From a virus (taxonomy: Duplodnaviria; Caudoviricetes): a stretch of DNA of 52,561 nt. Position numbers and translations under genes: made by a program. Position 1 is the stretch's first letter. The number at the start of each line of letters is the position of its first letter. The notes below the pieces were generated by a model, which made no database searches, was not told the DNA's origin, and was given only the letters and a program-made list of their open reading frames with translations. The stretch covers positions 1-52,561 of the IMG/VR virus record IMGVR_UViG_3300035670_000290; one strand, 5' to 3'. Below are positions 37,928 to 48,787 of the stretch, piece by piece.

Positions 37928-37952
37928 ATTAAGGTATAAAGGAATAAAATAA

Positions 37953-40577
37953 ATGCCTAGACAGTTACTCGGAACCGCGATCGCCGCAAATACGATCACA
38001 ACAACACAGTTACAAACAACTGTTGTGACTCAGATTGAATCTGGTGGTGGACCGAAAGCAAAATCATTAGTTTATCCTGGTGACGATACTGCTGCAAATA
38101 CTGCTGGTGGGCAAACTGTATATCTTTTAGGTTCTGGTTTTGCTGCAAATGCTCAAATTCTTGTGAACGGTTCAGCAGTTCCATCGCAGTCTTTTATCAG
38201 CGCAAGTAATATTGAATTCACAACTCCTGCTCTATCAACTGGAACATATCCAGTTTATGTTGTAAATCCTGAAGATGGTGGAACTGCGATTCTATATCCA
38301 GGATTGCTCGTCTCTGGTGAACCAACATGGGTGACAGAAAGTTCTTTATCAGAAGTTGGAACAACAGATGCGTGGAGTATTTCTCTATCAGCAACTGGTG
38401 ACGCTCCAATAACCTATACACTTGCAAATGGCAGTTCATTGCCATCTGGGATCACACTGGCTGCAAATGGATTGATTAGTGGAACTCTATCACCTGCACC
38501 AGAAAATGATACGCAGTACACATTTAGCGTTATTGCTTCAGATTCACAGAATCAAGATTCAAGCCGACAATTCAATATTACTGCTTCCTCTGGTGAAGGT
38601 TTACCATTTGCTAATAATGTGCTATTGATTCACGCTGATGGCACGAATAATAAGAACAATCACCATTTTATCGATTCTTCAAACAATAATTTTACGATTA
38701 CAAGATATGGGAACACAACACAAGGCACATTTGCTCCTGTCAGCCTAACTGGTTGGAGTAATTACTTCGATGGAAGCGGTGATTGGCTACAAATAGGTAA
38801 CAATTCCGCTCATGAGTTTGGTGGATCTGATTTTACGATTGAGTTTTGGATCAATTTCCCAGTACAACCATCATCTGGCTGGGAGAGCACACAAATTTTG
38901 TTGTCAAAGGGCAATGATCAAAACGGTGGATGGGTTTTCGGTATAGGTCGAGACAATACTGTCTATACATGGTTCGGAAAAGCAAACGCTAGTGACGCAT
39001 TTTCATTCACTTATACACCTATTGCTGGTGTTTGGTATCATGTAGTTTACACTAGAAGTGGGACCGCATTTGCTGCTTATATCAATGGTGCGCGTCAATA
39101 TTATAACGCAAGTTTTGGATCTTCTTGGCCACCTTCTTCTTCTAATGATCTTAGAATTGGAAGAATGCAGAGAGATGACTATCCATATTGGACAAGGGCT
39201 CATATCTCTAATTTCAGAATGGTCAAGGGCAGTTCAGTATACGATCCATCCTCTTCAACAATCACTACACCAGCATCAACTCTTATTGCAGTATCAAATA
39301 CAACACTATTGACTTGTCATTCTAATAGATTTATTGACGGCAGCAACAGTGCATTCTCAATTAGCCGCAACGGTGATGTTCCTGTGCTTCCATATGGACC
39401 ATTTGCCACAAACGTTGCATACTCAGCAGCTACTGTTGGTGGCAGTGGATACTTCGATGGAAGTGGAGACTATTTGACAGTTCCTGCTGGCTCTGCTTTT
39501 GCACCTGGAACTGGCGACTTCACTATTGAGGCGTGGGTATATCCAACAACCAATAGTATTGATCAATACATTTGGACGCAAACAGTTAGTGGAACTAATT
39601 ATTTTCTATTTGCAATGTCCTCAACAGCAGGGTTGACAATGACTACTTCTGGCGGAGGAACGCCAATTAGTGGACCAGCAAATTCTATTAGACCATTTGC
39701 CTGGAATCATGTTGCTGCTGTTCGTTCTGGTGGAACAGTGACAGTGTATGTCAATGGTGTTGCTGGAACACCATCAGTAAATGCACAAGATCTAACGAAT
39801 ACAACATATGTACCAACTATCGGAACATACACCCACAGTACAAGTTCTTCTCCATTGAATGGTTATTTATCAAGTTTACGATATGTCAAAGGAACTGCTG
39901 TTTATACAACTAATTTTACACCATCAGCCACACCATTGACGAATATTGCAAACACATCTTTCTTGTGCAATTTTACCAATGCAGGCATCTTTGATCATAC
40001 AGCGAAAAATATTATTGAGACTGTTGGTGATGCGAAAGTCAGTACTGCACAATACAAGTACGGTACAGGTTCTATGTATTTTGATGGTACTGGAGATTTT
40101 TTGACGATTCCAGACAATATAAATCTAAGAATGGGAACGGGAAATTTCACAATGGAATTCTGGTGGTATCCTGTCAGTATTGCAGGTTATCAAACACCTT
40201 TAGATAAAGGATATACTGGCGCTGGTGCATTGTTATTTCAAACAGGAAATGGTGATGGTAGATTGATAATTTACGCTGGTGGGTCTGGAGTAATCACATC
40301 TAACACAGCAGTCAGCACTAATACTTGGACTCACGTGGCTTTAGTTAGAAATTCATCTACGATGACGTTATATCAAAATGGAAATTCAGTTGGATCAGTT
40401 TCTAACTCTACTGATTTCAGTGATGCAACTATCATGGGTATAGGTTCAAATGCAAGTGGTGCTGGTGGCACACGGTTTGTAATCAATGGATATCTCGATG
40501 ATCTTCGCATCACCAAAGGTTATGCTCGCTACACCTCTAACTTTACTGCACCAACTGCTGCATTGAGAGATAAATAA
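37953..40577 (+). CDS. Fibre tip protein: IPT + putative Ig + three LamG/concanavalin A-like domains
   Basis: Three YFDG.GD.L...DFT.E.W...W.H.A.VR.G...Y.NG...(G.I)S.lR..KG units. Confidence 0.8.
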   Translation: MPRQLLGTAIAANTITTTQLQTTVVTQIESGGGPKAKSLVYPGDDTAANTAGGQTVYLLGSGFAANAQILVNGSAVPSQSFISASNIEFTTPALSTGTYPVYVVNPEDGGTAILYPGLLVSGEPTWVTESSLSEVGTTDAWSISLSATGDAPITYTLANGSSLPSGITLAANGLISGTLSPAPENDTQYTFSVIASDSQNQDSSRQFNITASSGEGLPFANNVLLIHADGTNNKNNHHFIDSSNNNFTITRYGNTTQGTFAPVSLTGWSNYFDGSGDWLQIGNNSAHEFGGSDFTIEFWINFPVQPSSGWESTQILLSKGNDQNGGWVFGIGRDNTVYTWFGKANASDAFSFTYTPIAGVWYHVVYTRSGTAFAAYINGARQYYNASFGSSWPPSSSNDLRIGRMQRDDYPYWTRAHISNFRMVKGSSVYDPSSSTITTPASTLIAVSNTTLLTCHSNRFIDGSNSAFSISRNGDVPVLPYGPFATNVAYSAATVGGSGYFDGSGDYLTVPAGSAFAPGTGDFTIEAWVYPTTNSIDQYIWTQTVSGTNYFLFAMSSTAGLTMTTSGGGTPISGPANSIRPFAWNHVAAVRSGGTVTVYVNGVAGTPSVNAQDLTNTTYVPTIGTYTHSTSSSPLNGYLSSLRYVKGTAVYTTNFTPSATPLTNIANTSFLCNFTNAGIFDHTAKNIIETVGDAKVSTAQYKYGTGSMYFDGTGDFLTIPDNINLRMGTGNFTMEFWWYPVSIAGYQTPLDKGYTGAGALLFQTGNGDGRLIIYAGGSGVITSNTAVSTNTWTHVALVRNSSTMTLYQNGNSVGSVSNSTDFSDATIMGIGSNASGAGGTRFVINGYLDDLRITKGYARYTSNFTAPTAALRDK

Positions 40578-40583
40578 TCTATC

Positions 40584-41912
40584 ATGACAATATTCAAACT
40601 TCCAGGAACATCGATTGTAAGCAACACAATCACCACGACTCAGTTGGTGACGACGGTTGTCAATCAGATTTCTCAAGGTGGTGGACCGAAAGTTTCTGGA
40701 ATCACTTATCCAAACAGCGCGACTGCTGCAGCCAATACAGGAAGTGAAACAGTTGTTCTGACTGGAACAGGATTTGAGTCTGGTGTTCAAATCTATATCA
40801 ACGGAAATGCTGTTCCGTCAGTCACTCGAACAAACTCCAATTCTGTTTCGTTCACAACTGCAGCACTCAGCAGCGCCACATATCCAGTTTATGTTGTCAA
40901 TCCTGACGGCGCAACAGCAATCTTGATTCCAGGGATGCAAGTTTCTGGAAAGCCAGTTTGGATAACGACTTCTCCATTGACATCTTGGAGTAAATCAGCA
41001 GCACTTTCGCGAGTATTGCAGGCAAACAGCGACTCTTCTGTCACATATGCTTTAGCAGATGGAAGTTCGCTGCCTTCTGGAATTACACTTGCAGCAAACG
41101 GACTTTTGAGCGGAACATTATCTTCTCCGCCAGCCGATACAACGACCTATAACTTCACCGTTGTTGCTACTGACGCCGAAGGGCAGACGACATCTAGTGC
41201 ATTCAGCATCGACGCTACTGCAATTGCAGCGTTTGTGAATGACGCTAATACAATATTGTTGATACACGCAGATGGAGCAAATAACTCCACGACGTTCACT
41301 GATGATAATGCTAGTGGAGTAAGATCACCAACAAGCACTGTTGGAGCTGGTGGTGGTGTCAAGATAAGCACTGCTCAATATAAATTTGGTACTGGATCAG
41401 CTGTATTTGATGGTAGTGGTGATCACCTAACAGCCACTATACCTAATGGAGCTCCTCAGCAAGGCGATATAACTATAGAACTTTGGGCAAGATTCAACGC
41501 TCTTCCAAGTACAGGCAGCGGCGGTTATATGATTATCACCAGTTGTTCTGGCGCAGAACCTTATATACTCGTCAGTAATAATGGTAGCGGCAACCCATCA
41601 GTTTCATTCGGCTTCAATGGAAAATATGGAACTGCAAGTCTAACATCTACGACCATCACCACAAATACTTGGTATCATATAGCAGCAGTACGCTATAATG
41701 GTACTTGGAAAGTTTATTGGGATGGTGTTGATATGGGCACTATCAATAATGATAGTAACTGGAATACTCTATCGTCAACATTTGAGCCTCTTGCATCTAC
41801 AACGTTCTTTGGTAAGTTTAGTGACGACAGAGGAAGTTGGAATGGATATATGGACGAAATTCGCGTCAGTAAGGTTGCTAGATACACCAGCAATTTCACA
41901 CCAGGAACATAA
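40584..41912 (+). CDS. Fibre tip protein: IPT + putative Ig + one LamG-like domain
   Basis: Same N-terminal modules; LLIHADG...KFGTGS..FDGSGD...TIELW...WYHIAAVR...GYMDEIRVSK.ARY. Confidence 0.8.
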   Translation: MTIFKLPGTSIVSNTITTTQLVTTVVNQISQGGGPKVSGITYPNSATAAANTGSETVVLTGTGFESGVQIYINGNAVPSVTRTNSNSVSFTTAALSSATYPVYVVNPDGATAILIPGMQVSGKPVWITTSPLTSWSKSAALSRVLQANSDSSVTYALADGSSLPSGITLAANGLLSGTLSSPPADTTTYNFTVVATDAEGQTTSSAFSIDATAIAAFVNDANTILLIHADGANNSTTFTDDNASGVRSPTSTVGAGGGVKISTAQYKFGTGSAVFDGSGDHLTATIPNGAPQQGDITIELWARFNALPSTGSGGYMIITSCSGAEPYILVSNNGSGNPSVSFGFNGKYGTASLTSTTITTNTWYHIAAVRYNGTWKVYWDGVDMGTINNDSNWNTLSSTFEPLASTTFFGKFSDDRGSWNGYMDEIRVSKVARYTSNFTPGT

Positions 41913-41916
41913 GTAA

Positions 41917-44550
41917 ATGCCGCGCAAATTAGATGGAACATACATTCAAACTGGATCAATTACAACGACTCAGTTATCATCGAATGTTACAGAACAAATT
42001 TCTGCGGGCGGTGGACCAAGAGTTTCTTCTCTGATCTATCCTGGTGACGATACTGCTGCGAATACAGTTGGCGGTCAGACAGTTTATATCAACGGTTCTG
42101 GCTTTGAAACAAACAACGCCATCTATATCAATGGCAATGCTGTTCCATCAAAGTCATTTATCAGCGCGAGCAATGTTTCGTTTACGACACCAGCACTTTC
42201 TGCTGGAATCTATCCAGTCTACTTTATCAATACGGATACTGGTGCCACAGCAATTTTTGTTCCAGGTTTGACCGTTTCTGCTGATCCAACATGGGTAACT
42301 GCAGCAGGAAGTCTAAATGCTTCTCAAGATGAAACATCCGCATGGAGTTATTCTTTGTCAGCAACTGGTGATGATCCAATTACATATGCTCTTGCAGATG
42401 GCAGTTCATTGCCAACTGGAATTTCTTTAGCAGCAAATGGTGTTATCTCAGGAACATTATCTTCACCACCAGGTACAGAAACGACTTATACATTCTCTGT
42501 TGTTGCAACAGATGCTCAGAATCAAGATTCTACAAGACAATTTACTGTGACAACGACCAGTGGTGAAGGTGTTCTGTTTGCCAACAACGTTCTCTTGATT
42601 CACGCTGATGGAACTAACAATCAGAACAATCATGCGTTTCTAGATTCTTCGAATAATAACTTCACAATCACAAGATATGGTAATGCTACGCAGGGATCGT
42701 TTAGTCCATTTAGTCAGACTGGATGGAGTAACTATTTTGATGGAAACGGTGATTACTTGTCATTTCCAAGTGATGCAGCCTTTGGTTTTGGCACAGGTGA
42801 TATTACTATAGAATGTTGGTTTTACCATACAAGCAGATCAACAACAGCAACATTATTCTCAAACGCAAATGATACACTAAATTTATATATCAATACTTCT
42901 GGTGTTTTTGGTGTTTATGATGGTTCTGTCAGAAATAGTAGCCAAACAGTTCCTCTAAATTCATGGAATCACTTCGCTTATGTTCGCTCTTCAGGAACAG
43001 CAAAATTATATTATAATGGAACAGAAGTATTATCATTCTCAAGTTCTACAAATTATGGCACTTCTGCAGTTAGAATTGGTGTGAATTATGGTGGTGGTTC
43101 TGGATCGGATTACGCAACAGGTAGCATCAGCAATTTAAGAGTTGTCAAAGGCACTGCACTTTACACAGAAGCCTTCACACCATCAACAACACCACTTCAA
43201 CCTATCGCAAACACTTCTCTGCTAACCTGTCAGTCTAATCGATTTATTGACAATAGCACCAATAATCTAACCATCACTCGTAATGGTGATACTTCTATTC
43301 AAGCCTTCTCTCCATTCGCACCAACTGCTGCATACTCAACAGCGAATGTTGGTGGTAGTGGGTATTTTGATGGAAGTGGAGATTATCTCACATTACCATC
43401 AAATGATTCTGCTTTCAATTGCGGCGCTGATAGTTTTACGCTTGAATTTTGGTATTATGATGATGGAACTTCAACATTATATCCTAATATTTTTGGATCT
43501 AATGATTGGACTTCGGGTGTCGGTGGAATCAATATAAGATACAACAATACTGGTAATGCAAATAAATTTTATGTAGCGAAATATGCTGGGAACTCTACAC
43601 CTAATGGTGGATCTGGTGTAAATGAATTGATGCTAACAGCTAATACATATGCACCAAAATGTTGGCATCATGTAGCCTTCGTGAGAAATGGGAATAACTT
43701 TAGAATTTATGTAAATGGTGTGAAAGATGCAGAAACCACATCTACAATTTCTGTTGACTGGAATTTGAATTCAGCAGGACCAAGAATTGGTGGTGGTAAT
43801 TGGGATGGAGCAAACAGTAATATCAAGGCTTATGTTTCTGGTCTAAGATTGATCAAAGGCGTTGCGCTTTATACAGACAACTTCACACCCCCAACTGCAC
43901 CATTGACAAATATCGCCAACACATCTCTACTCCTCAACTTCACCAACGCTGGTATTTTTGATCAAACTGCGAAGAATGTAATTGAAACACAAAGTGATGC
44001 AAAAATCAGTACTAGCGTGTATAAGTATGGGACTGGCTCAGTGTATTTTGATGGGACTGGAGACTGGTTGTTGGCTCCTAGCAATGTACTTTTTGATATT
44101 GGTGGAGATTTTACTATTGAGATGTGGTTTTATGCCACCTCAGTAGCACCTACATATCAAGGTCTTTGTGGACGCCGAGCGAGTGCTGCATCATTTGGTC
44201 CATTTTCCATGGGTCTCAATGGATCAGCAATTTTGTTTAGTCTCTCAACCTCTGGTAGTTCATGGGCACTAAATTCTACTGGAGGCACGGTTACTGCAAA
44301 TACATGGAATCATGTCGCGTTTGTTCGAAGTGGAACTTCCTGTGTTGCATACCTAAATGGTACGTCTGTAGTTACAGGTACGGTTTCTGGTGCTCTTGCA
44401 AGTAGTTCGCAAAAGTTAGCCATTGGATCATTTACCAGTGATGGTTCTGATTTGTTTACTGGGTATATCGACGATTTCCGATTTACACGTGGTCAGGCTC
44501 GCTACACATCTAACTTCACACCACCAACTTCTGCACTCAAGGACAAATAA
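41917..44550 (+). CDS. Fibre tip protein: IPT + putative Ig + three LamG-like domains
   Basis: Colinear paralog of 37953 and 44550. Confidence 0.8.
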   Translation: MPRKLDGTYIQTGSITTTQLSSNVTEQISAGGGPRVSSLIYPGDDTAANTVGGQTVYINGSGFETNNAIYINGNAVPSKSFISASNVSFTTPALSAGIYPVYFINTDTGATAIFVPGLTVSADPTWVTAAGSLNASQDETSAWSYSLSATGDDPITYALADGSSLPTGISLAANGVISGTLSSPPGTETTYTFSVVATDAQNQDSTRQFTVTTTSGEGVLFANNVLLIHADGTNNQNNHAFLDSSNNNFTITRYGNATQGSFSPFSQTGWSNYFDGNGDYLSFPSDAAFGFGTGDITIECWFYHTSRSTTATLFSNANDTLNLYINTSGVFGVYDGSVRNSSQTVPLNSWNHFAYVRSSGTAKLYYNGTEVLSFSSSTNYGTSAVRIGVNYGGGSGSDYATGSISNLRVVKGTALYTEAFTPSTTPLQPIANTSLLTCQSNRFIDNSTNNLTITRNGDTSIQAFSPFAPTAAYSTANVGGSGYFDGSGDYLTLPSNDSAFNCGADSFTLEFWYYDDGTSTLYPNIFGSNDWTSGVGGINIRYNNTGNANKFYVAKYAGNSTPNGGSGVNELMLTANTYAPKCWHHVAFVRNGNNFRIYVNGVKDAETTSTISVDWNLNSAGPRIGGGNWDGANSNIKAYVSGLRLIKGVALYTDNFTPPTAPLTNIANTSLLLNFTNAGIFDQTAKNVIETQSDAKISTSVYKYGTGSVYFDGTGDWLLAPSNVLFDIGGDFTIEMWFYATSVAPTYQGLCGRRASAASFGPFSMGLNGSAILFSLSTSGSSWALNSTGGTVTANTWNHVAFVRSGTSCVAYLNGTSVVTGTVSGALASSSQKLAIGSFTSDGSDLFTGYIDDFRFTRGQARYTSNFTPPTSALKDK

Positions 44551-47216
44551 TGGCTCGTAAAATTCCAGGTGGCGCGATTCAAGCCAATACAATTACAGTA
44601 ACACAGTTGCAGACGACTGTTGTCAGTCAGATTTCAGCAGGTGGTGGTCCTCGCGTCTCCTCTCTGATCTATCCTGGAGATGATACTGCAGCAAACACTG
44701 CTGGCGGTCAGACAGTGTATATTACAGGTTCTGGTTTCGCTGCAAATGCGAATGTGTATATCAACGGAAACGCTGTTCCTTCGATCTCCTTTATTTCAGC
44801 AGGTAATCTAGCAATTACAACTCCTGCTCTTTCTTCTGCGACTTATCCAGTTTATGTAATCAATCCAGAAGATGGTGCAACAGCCATTCATATTCCAGGA
44901 TTGAGAGTTTCTGGTGAACCAGTCTGGGTCACCTCTGCTGGAAGTCTTGCTGCTTCTCAAGATGAAGGTTCTGCTTGGAGTTATAGTGTATCAGCAACCA
45001 GTGATTCTTCAGTCACTTATGCTCTTGCTGGTGGCAGTTCATTGCCAACAGGAATTACACTGGCTGCTAACGGATTGATCAGCGGAACATTGAGTTCACC
45101 TCCTGGAACTGAGACGACATACAACTTTTCAGTGATTGCAACTGATGCTGAAAATCAAAGCGCATCATCTAGAGAATTTAGTGTGACTGTTTCTTCAGGT
45201 GAGGGTGTGTTGTTTGCTAACAATGTTTTATTGATTCACGCAGATGGAACCAACAATCAGAACAATCATACATTCGTAGATTCTTCGAATAATAATCTAA
45301 CAATCACAAGATATGGTAATGCTACACAAGGAACGTTTAGTCCATTCAGTCAGACTGGATGGAGTAACTATTTTGATGGTAGCGGAGATAGACTAACAAT
45401 AGCTGATAATACAGCATTGCGTTTCGGTACAGGAGATTTTACTATAGAATTTTGGATGTATCCGAGTCAAACAAATGCGTATATGCGTCCAATTGGAACA
45501 GGAAATACTGAAGCAGGTGCGTGGTCTATTATTTTAAACAATGATGCTACATTTACTCTAGCCTTTGCCACTAGTGGAGTATTTTCTTCTGCTATTTCTT
45601 ATTCAGCCAACATTTGGCAACATATCGCTATCGTAAGAAGCGGCACCACTATTTCTTGTTTTGTTAACGGAATCAGACAACAAACAACTACTAGCAGTTA
45701 TGATTTAAATGCAGCAGCAAGTGTGTTCATAGGATATACTGATGCTGCATCAGCTCAAGCATTTTTAGGATATATGTCTAATGTTCGTTTGGTGAAGGGG
45801 ACCGCAGTATATGATCCATCATTATCGACCCTGACAGTACCAACATCACCACTCACCGCTATTACCAACACTTCTCTGCTGACCTGTCAGAGCAACCGCT
45901 TCGTAGACAATAGCACCAATGCATTCACGATTACTCGCGCTGGCGACACTTCAGTTCAAGCCTTCTCTCCATTCGCACCATCAATTGCATACTCACCAGC
46001 TGCTGTTGGTGGTAGTGTATACTTTGATGGATCAGCTGATTATTTGATGCCAGCAAATAGCACAGCGACAGATTTAGGTATCAGTCAACAACCATTTACT
46101 CTGGAGTGGTGGACTTATTTCACAACCTCTTCTGGTGGACAATATATCATATCCAAAGGTGGCGGTGCTGGTGCATGGAATAGTACAAATGGATGGCAAT
46201 ATATTCTTAGTATAGAATTGAGTAGTGGTGTTATAAGTCTTGGTTATTATAACGGAAGTAGTTACACTTATTGGCAACCAGCATTCACTGTTTCTACTGT
46301 TTTAGGTAGATGGTCTCACATGGCTATGTCCTATGATGGAACCAATTTATCTTTCTATATAAACGGAACAAGAATCGGCACAACAACAGCAACCAATTTC
46401 AGCAAACCTTCTGCATCAGACAAGTGTAGTATAGGTTCTACTGCAGGTGTTACTGAGAGTTATCACTATAGCGGTTATGTTTCTGATCTAAGAATAGTTC
46501 GCGGATCAGCTGTCTATAATCCAACACTCTCAACGTTGACTGTTCCAACAGCACCACTGACAAACATCGCAAACACATCTCTACTCCTCAACTTCACCAA
46601 CGCTGGCATCTTCGATCAAACAGCGAAGAATGTAATTGAAACTGTTGGTGATGCGAAAGTTAGCACTTCACAATATAAGTATGGTACTGCTTCGATGTAC
46701 TTTGATGGTAGTGGGGATTATATCCAAACGCCATCGAGCCCTCAATTTGCATTTGGTGGTGTGGATTTTACAATAGAGTGTTGGGTTTATGGTGTAAGTA
46801 AAGTTCGTTCATTCCCATACATTTATTCAAATAACATAGCGTTTGGAAGCAATTTTATTGGGTTGATTCATAACCACGACTCTTATTCAAATAAGGTTGT
46901 ATTTTATGTTTATAACTCATCAACTTCACCAATTTTGCAAAGCACAACTTCTATCGGAAATAATGAATGGTTTCATGTTGCAGTTTCTAGAAGCGGAAAT
47001 ACTTTTAGATTGTTCATAAATGGTGCGCTTGAAGCCAACACCACATACAGTGGATCTATCGATGGTGGTGGGACAAAACAGGCTCGTATAGGATCAGGTC
47101 CTACTTTGAGTAGTGACGAATTTAATGGTTATCTCGATGACTTCCGTATCACCAAGGGCTACGCTCGTTATACTGCTAACTTCACTCCACCAACTGCTGC
47201 GCTGAGGGACAAGTAA
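44550..47216 (+). CDS. Fibre tip protein: IPT + putative Ig + three LamG-like domains
   Basis: Colinear paralog of 37953 and 41917; TAATG overlap. Confidence 0.8.
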   Translation: MARKIPGGAIQANTITVTQLQTTVVSQISAGGGPRVSSLIYPGDDTAANTAGGQTVYITGSGFAANANVYINGNAVPSISFISAGNLAITTPALSSATYPVYVINPEDGATAIHIPGLRVSGEPVWVTSAGSLAASQDEGSAWSYSVSATSDSSVTYALAGGSSLPTGITLAANGLISGTLSSPPGTETTYNFSVIATDAENQSASSREFSVTVSSGEGVLFANNVLLIHADGTNNQNNHTFVDSSNNNLTITRYGNATQGTFSPFSQTGWSNYFDGSGDRLTIADNTALRFGTGDFTIEFWMYPSQTNAYMRPIGTGNTEAGAWSIILNNDATFTLAFATSGVFSSAISYSANIWQHIAIVRSGTTISCFVNGIRQQTTTSSYDLNAAASVFIGYTDAASAQAFLGYMSNVRLVKGTAVYDPSLSTLTVPTSPLTAITNTSLLTCQSNRFVDNSTNAFTITRAGDTSVQAFSPFAPSIAYSPAAVGGSVYFDGSADYLMPANSTATDLGISQQPFTLEWWTYFTTSSGGQYIISKGGGAGAWNSTNGWQYILSIELSSGVISLGYYNGSSYTYWQPAFTVSTVLGRWSHMAMSYDGTNLSFYINGTRIGTTTATNFSKPSASDKCSIGSTAGVTESYHYSGYVSDLRIVRGSAVYNPTLSTLTVPTAPLTNIANTSLLLNFTNAGIFDQTAKNVIETVGDAKVSTSQYKYGTASMYFDGSGDYIQTPSSPQFAFGGVDFTIECWVYGVSKVRSFPYIYSNNIAFGSNFIGLIHNHDSYSNKVVFYVYNSSTSPILQSTTSIGNNEWFHVAVSRSGNTFRLFINGALEANTTYSGSIDGGGTKQARIGSGPTLSSDEFNGYLDDFRITKGYARYTANFTPPTAALRDK

Positions 47217-47774
47217 ATGCCAACAGTTTATAAACTTCCAGGTAGTGCTGTTCAAGCAAATACATTGACCACAACTCAGTTGGCTTCTAATATAGCACCA
47301 ACAGACAGAGTCTTGAAAACTGGCGATACAATGACAGGTCAGTTGACAATTTCTGCTGGTGGTTTGAATATGGAAACTACCACGACTCTTCAGCAAACAA
47401 AAGAACGAGTCAATGTGAGCGCAACAGCAATGAGTGCAAATCTAACTGTTGATCTTCTAAACGGTGCTGTGACTTATCTAACGTCGAATTCTACTGCTAA
47501 TTGTACTCTCAATTTTAGAGGCAATAGCACAACAACATTAGATTCTATTTTGTCGAATGGGCAATCAATGACGTCATTGGTTCTAATCACCAATGGCGCT
47601 ACAGGTTATTTGATTTCTAATGTACAAATTGATGATATTCCCGTAACTCCAAAGTGGTCGGGCAACTCAGCTCCAACAGCAAACACTGACGCTATTGATG
47701 CGTTTGGGTTCACAATCATCAAGACAGCTGCAAATACATATACTGTTCTTGGTTCAAAAACTGAATTTGTGTAA
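47217..47774 (+). CDS. Short fibre/anchor protein
   Basis: Shared N-terminal motif; VLKTGDTMTG; C-terminal KW.G..APT....D...FTIIKTA...YTVL domain typical of fibre ends that precede an adhesin gene. Confidence 0.65.
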   Translation: MPTVYKLPGSAVQANTLTTTQLASNIAPTDRVLKTGDTMTGQLTISAGGLNMETTTTLQQTKERVNVSATAMSANLTVDLLNGAVTYLTSNSTANCTLNFRGNSTTTLDSILSNGQSMTSLVLITNGATGYLISNVQIDDIPVTPKWSGNSAPTANTDAIDAFGFTIIKTAANTYTVLGSKTEFV

Positions 47775-47779
47775 TAATC

Positions 47780-48760
47780 ATGCCTCTGATCTCTACAATT
47801 GCTAGTGGCTCAATTTCTGTCGTTGGTGGTGTAGGAATTCAAATCGCCAGAAGAAAAGTTATTTCTGGTGCTGCTGGACCAATTTTTGTTGAATATCTAG
47901 TTCTTGCTGGTGGTGGTGGAGGCGGCGGCATCGGTGCAGGTGGTGGAGCTGGTGGTTATCGCACAGGTACAGATTTTGAAGTAACTCCAGGAACAACATA
48001 TACCATCACTGTTGGTAGTGGTGGTACTGGCACTGGCTCTCCATACTCAGTCGGTGGAAGTGGAACTCAATCACTATTTGGTGCAATCACATCCGCTGGC
48101 GGTGGAGGTGGTGGAGGCTATAATTTAGCTGGCGGAAATGGTGGTTCAGGCGGCGGTGGTGCTGCCCCAGCAAATGCTGGTGGTTCAGGTAACACTCCAT
48201 CAACTTCTCCATCTCAAGGTAATGGTGGAGGTTCTGGAGCACTAGCAACACAACGTTTTCTTGGTGGTGGTGGAGGCGGCGCAAGTGCTCCTGGCGGCAG
48301 CGCAAGTTCTTCTCCTGCTCCACGTGGTGATGCAGGTGGTGGCGGTGATGGTTTAGCATCAACGATCACAGGCGTTTCTGTGACTCGCGGTGGCGGTGGT
48401 GGTGGTTGTAGCGGAATTCGAGGAGCCAGTCCAAGTAATCCAGGCACTCCTTCGCAGCAAAAGGCTGGTGGAGCAGGTGGTGGTGGGACAGGTGGTGGAT
48501 CAACTCCAGCGACAGGTGCAGCTGGTAATGGTGGCACCAATCTAGGTGGTGGTGGAGGTGGTGGTGGATTCCATGGCACTCCAACTCCTGCAGGTCCTGG
48601 AGGTAGTGTCAGAAATGGTGGAAACGGTGGTTCTGGTGTGGTCATCATCAAATATCCAGACACAAGTCCTGAAGCCACAACAACAGGTAGCCCAACCGTC
48701 ACCGTTTCTGGTGGATTTAGAATTTATGTTTTCAATGCCTCTGGTAGTATCACATTCTAA
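47780..48760 (+). CDS. Glycine-rich adhesin-like protein (single domain)
   Basis: VEYLVLAGGGGG...GGSGVVIIKYP...IYVFNASGSITF. Confidence 0.7.
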   Translation: MPLISTIASGSISVVGGVGIQIARRKVISGAAGPIFVEYLVLAGGGGGGGIGAGGGAGGYRTGTDFEVTPGTTYTITVGSGGTGTGSPYSVGGSGTQSLFGAITSAGGGGGGGYNLAGGNGGSGGGGAAPANAGGSGNTPSTSPSQGNGGGSGALATQRFLGGGGGGASAPGGSASSSPAPRGDAGGGGDGLASTITGVSVTRGGGGGGCSGIRGASPSNPGTPSQQKAGGAGGGGTGGGSTPATGAAGNGGTNLGGGGGGGGFHGTPTPAGPGGSVRNGGNGGSGVVIIKYPDTSPEATTTGSPTVTVSGGFRIYVFNASGSITF

Positions 48761-48763
48761 ATA
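48756..48763 (+). promoter_or_regulatory. T4-type late promoter-like box (TCTAAATA)
   Basis: One mismatch to TATAAATA, overlaps a stop codon, ~25 nt before ATG 48788. Confidence 0.45.
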
Positions 48764-48787
48764 CAGTAGAATTGATAGGGACGAATA

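Noticed and set aside
37923-37930. TATAAATT as a late promoter before the LamG genes
   Set aside because: It lacks the final A of the TAAATA core seen in the other boxes and lies in very AT-rich sequence. Possible, but not supportable.
37953-47216. Diversity-generating retroelement acting on the lectin-like tips
   Set aside because: No reverse transcriptase or non-coding template repeat in the window, and paralog differences are not adenine-restricted. An element elsewhere in the genome cannot be excluded.
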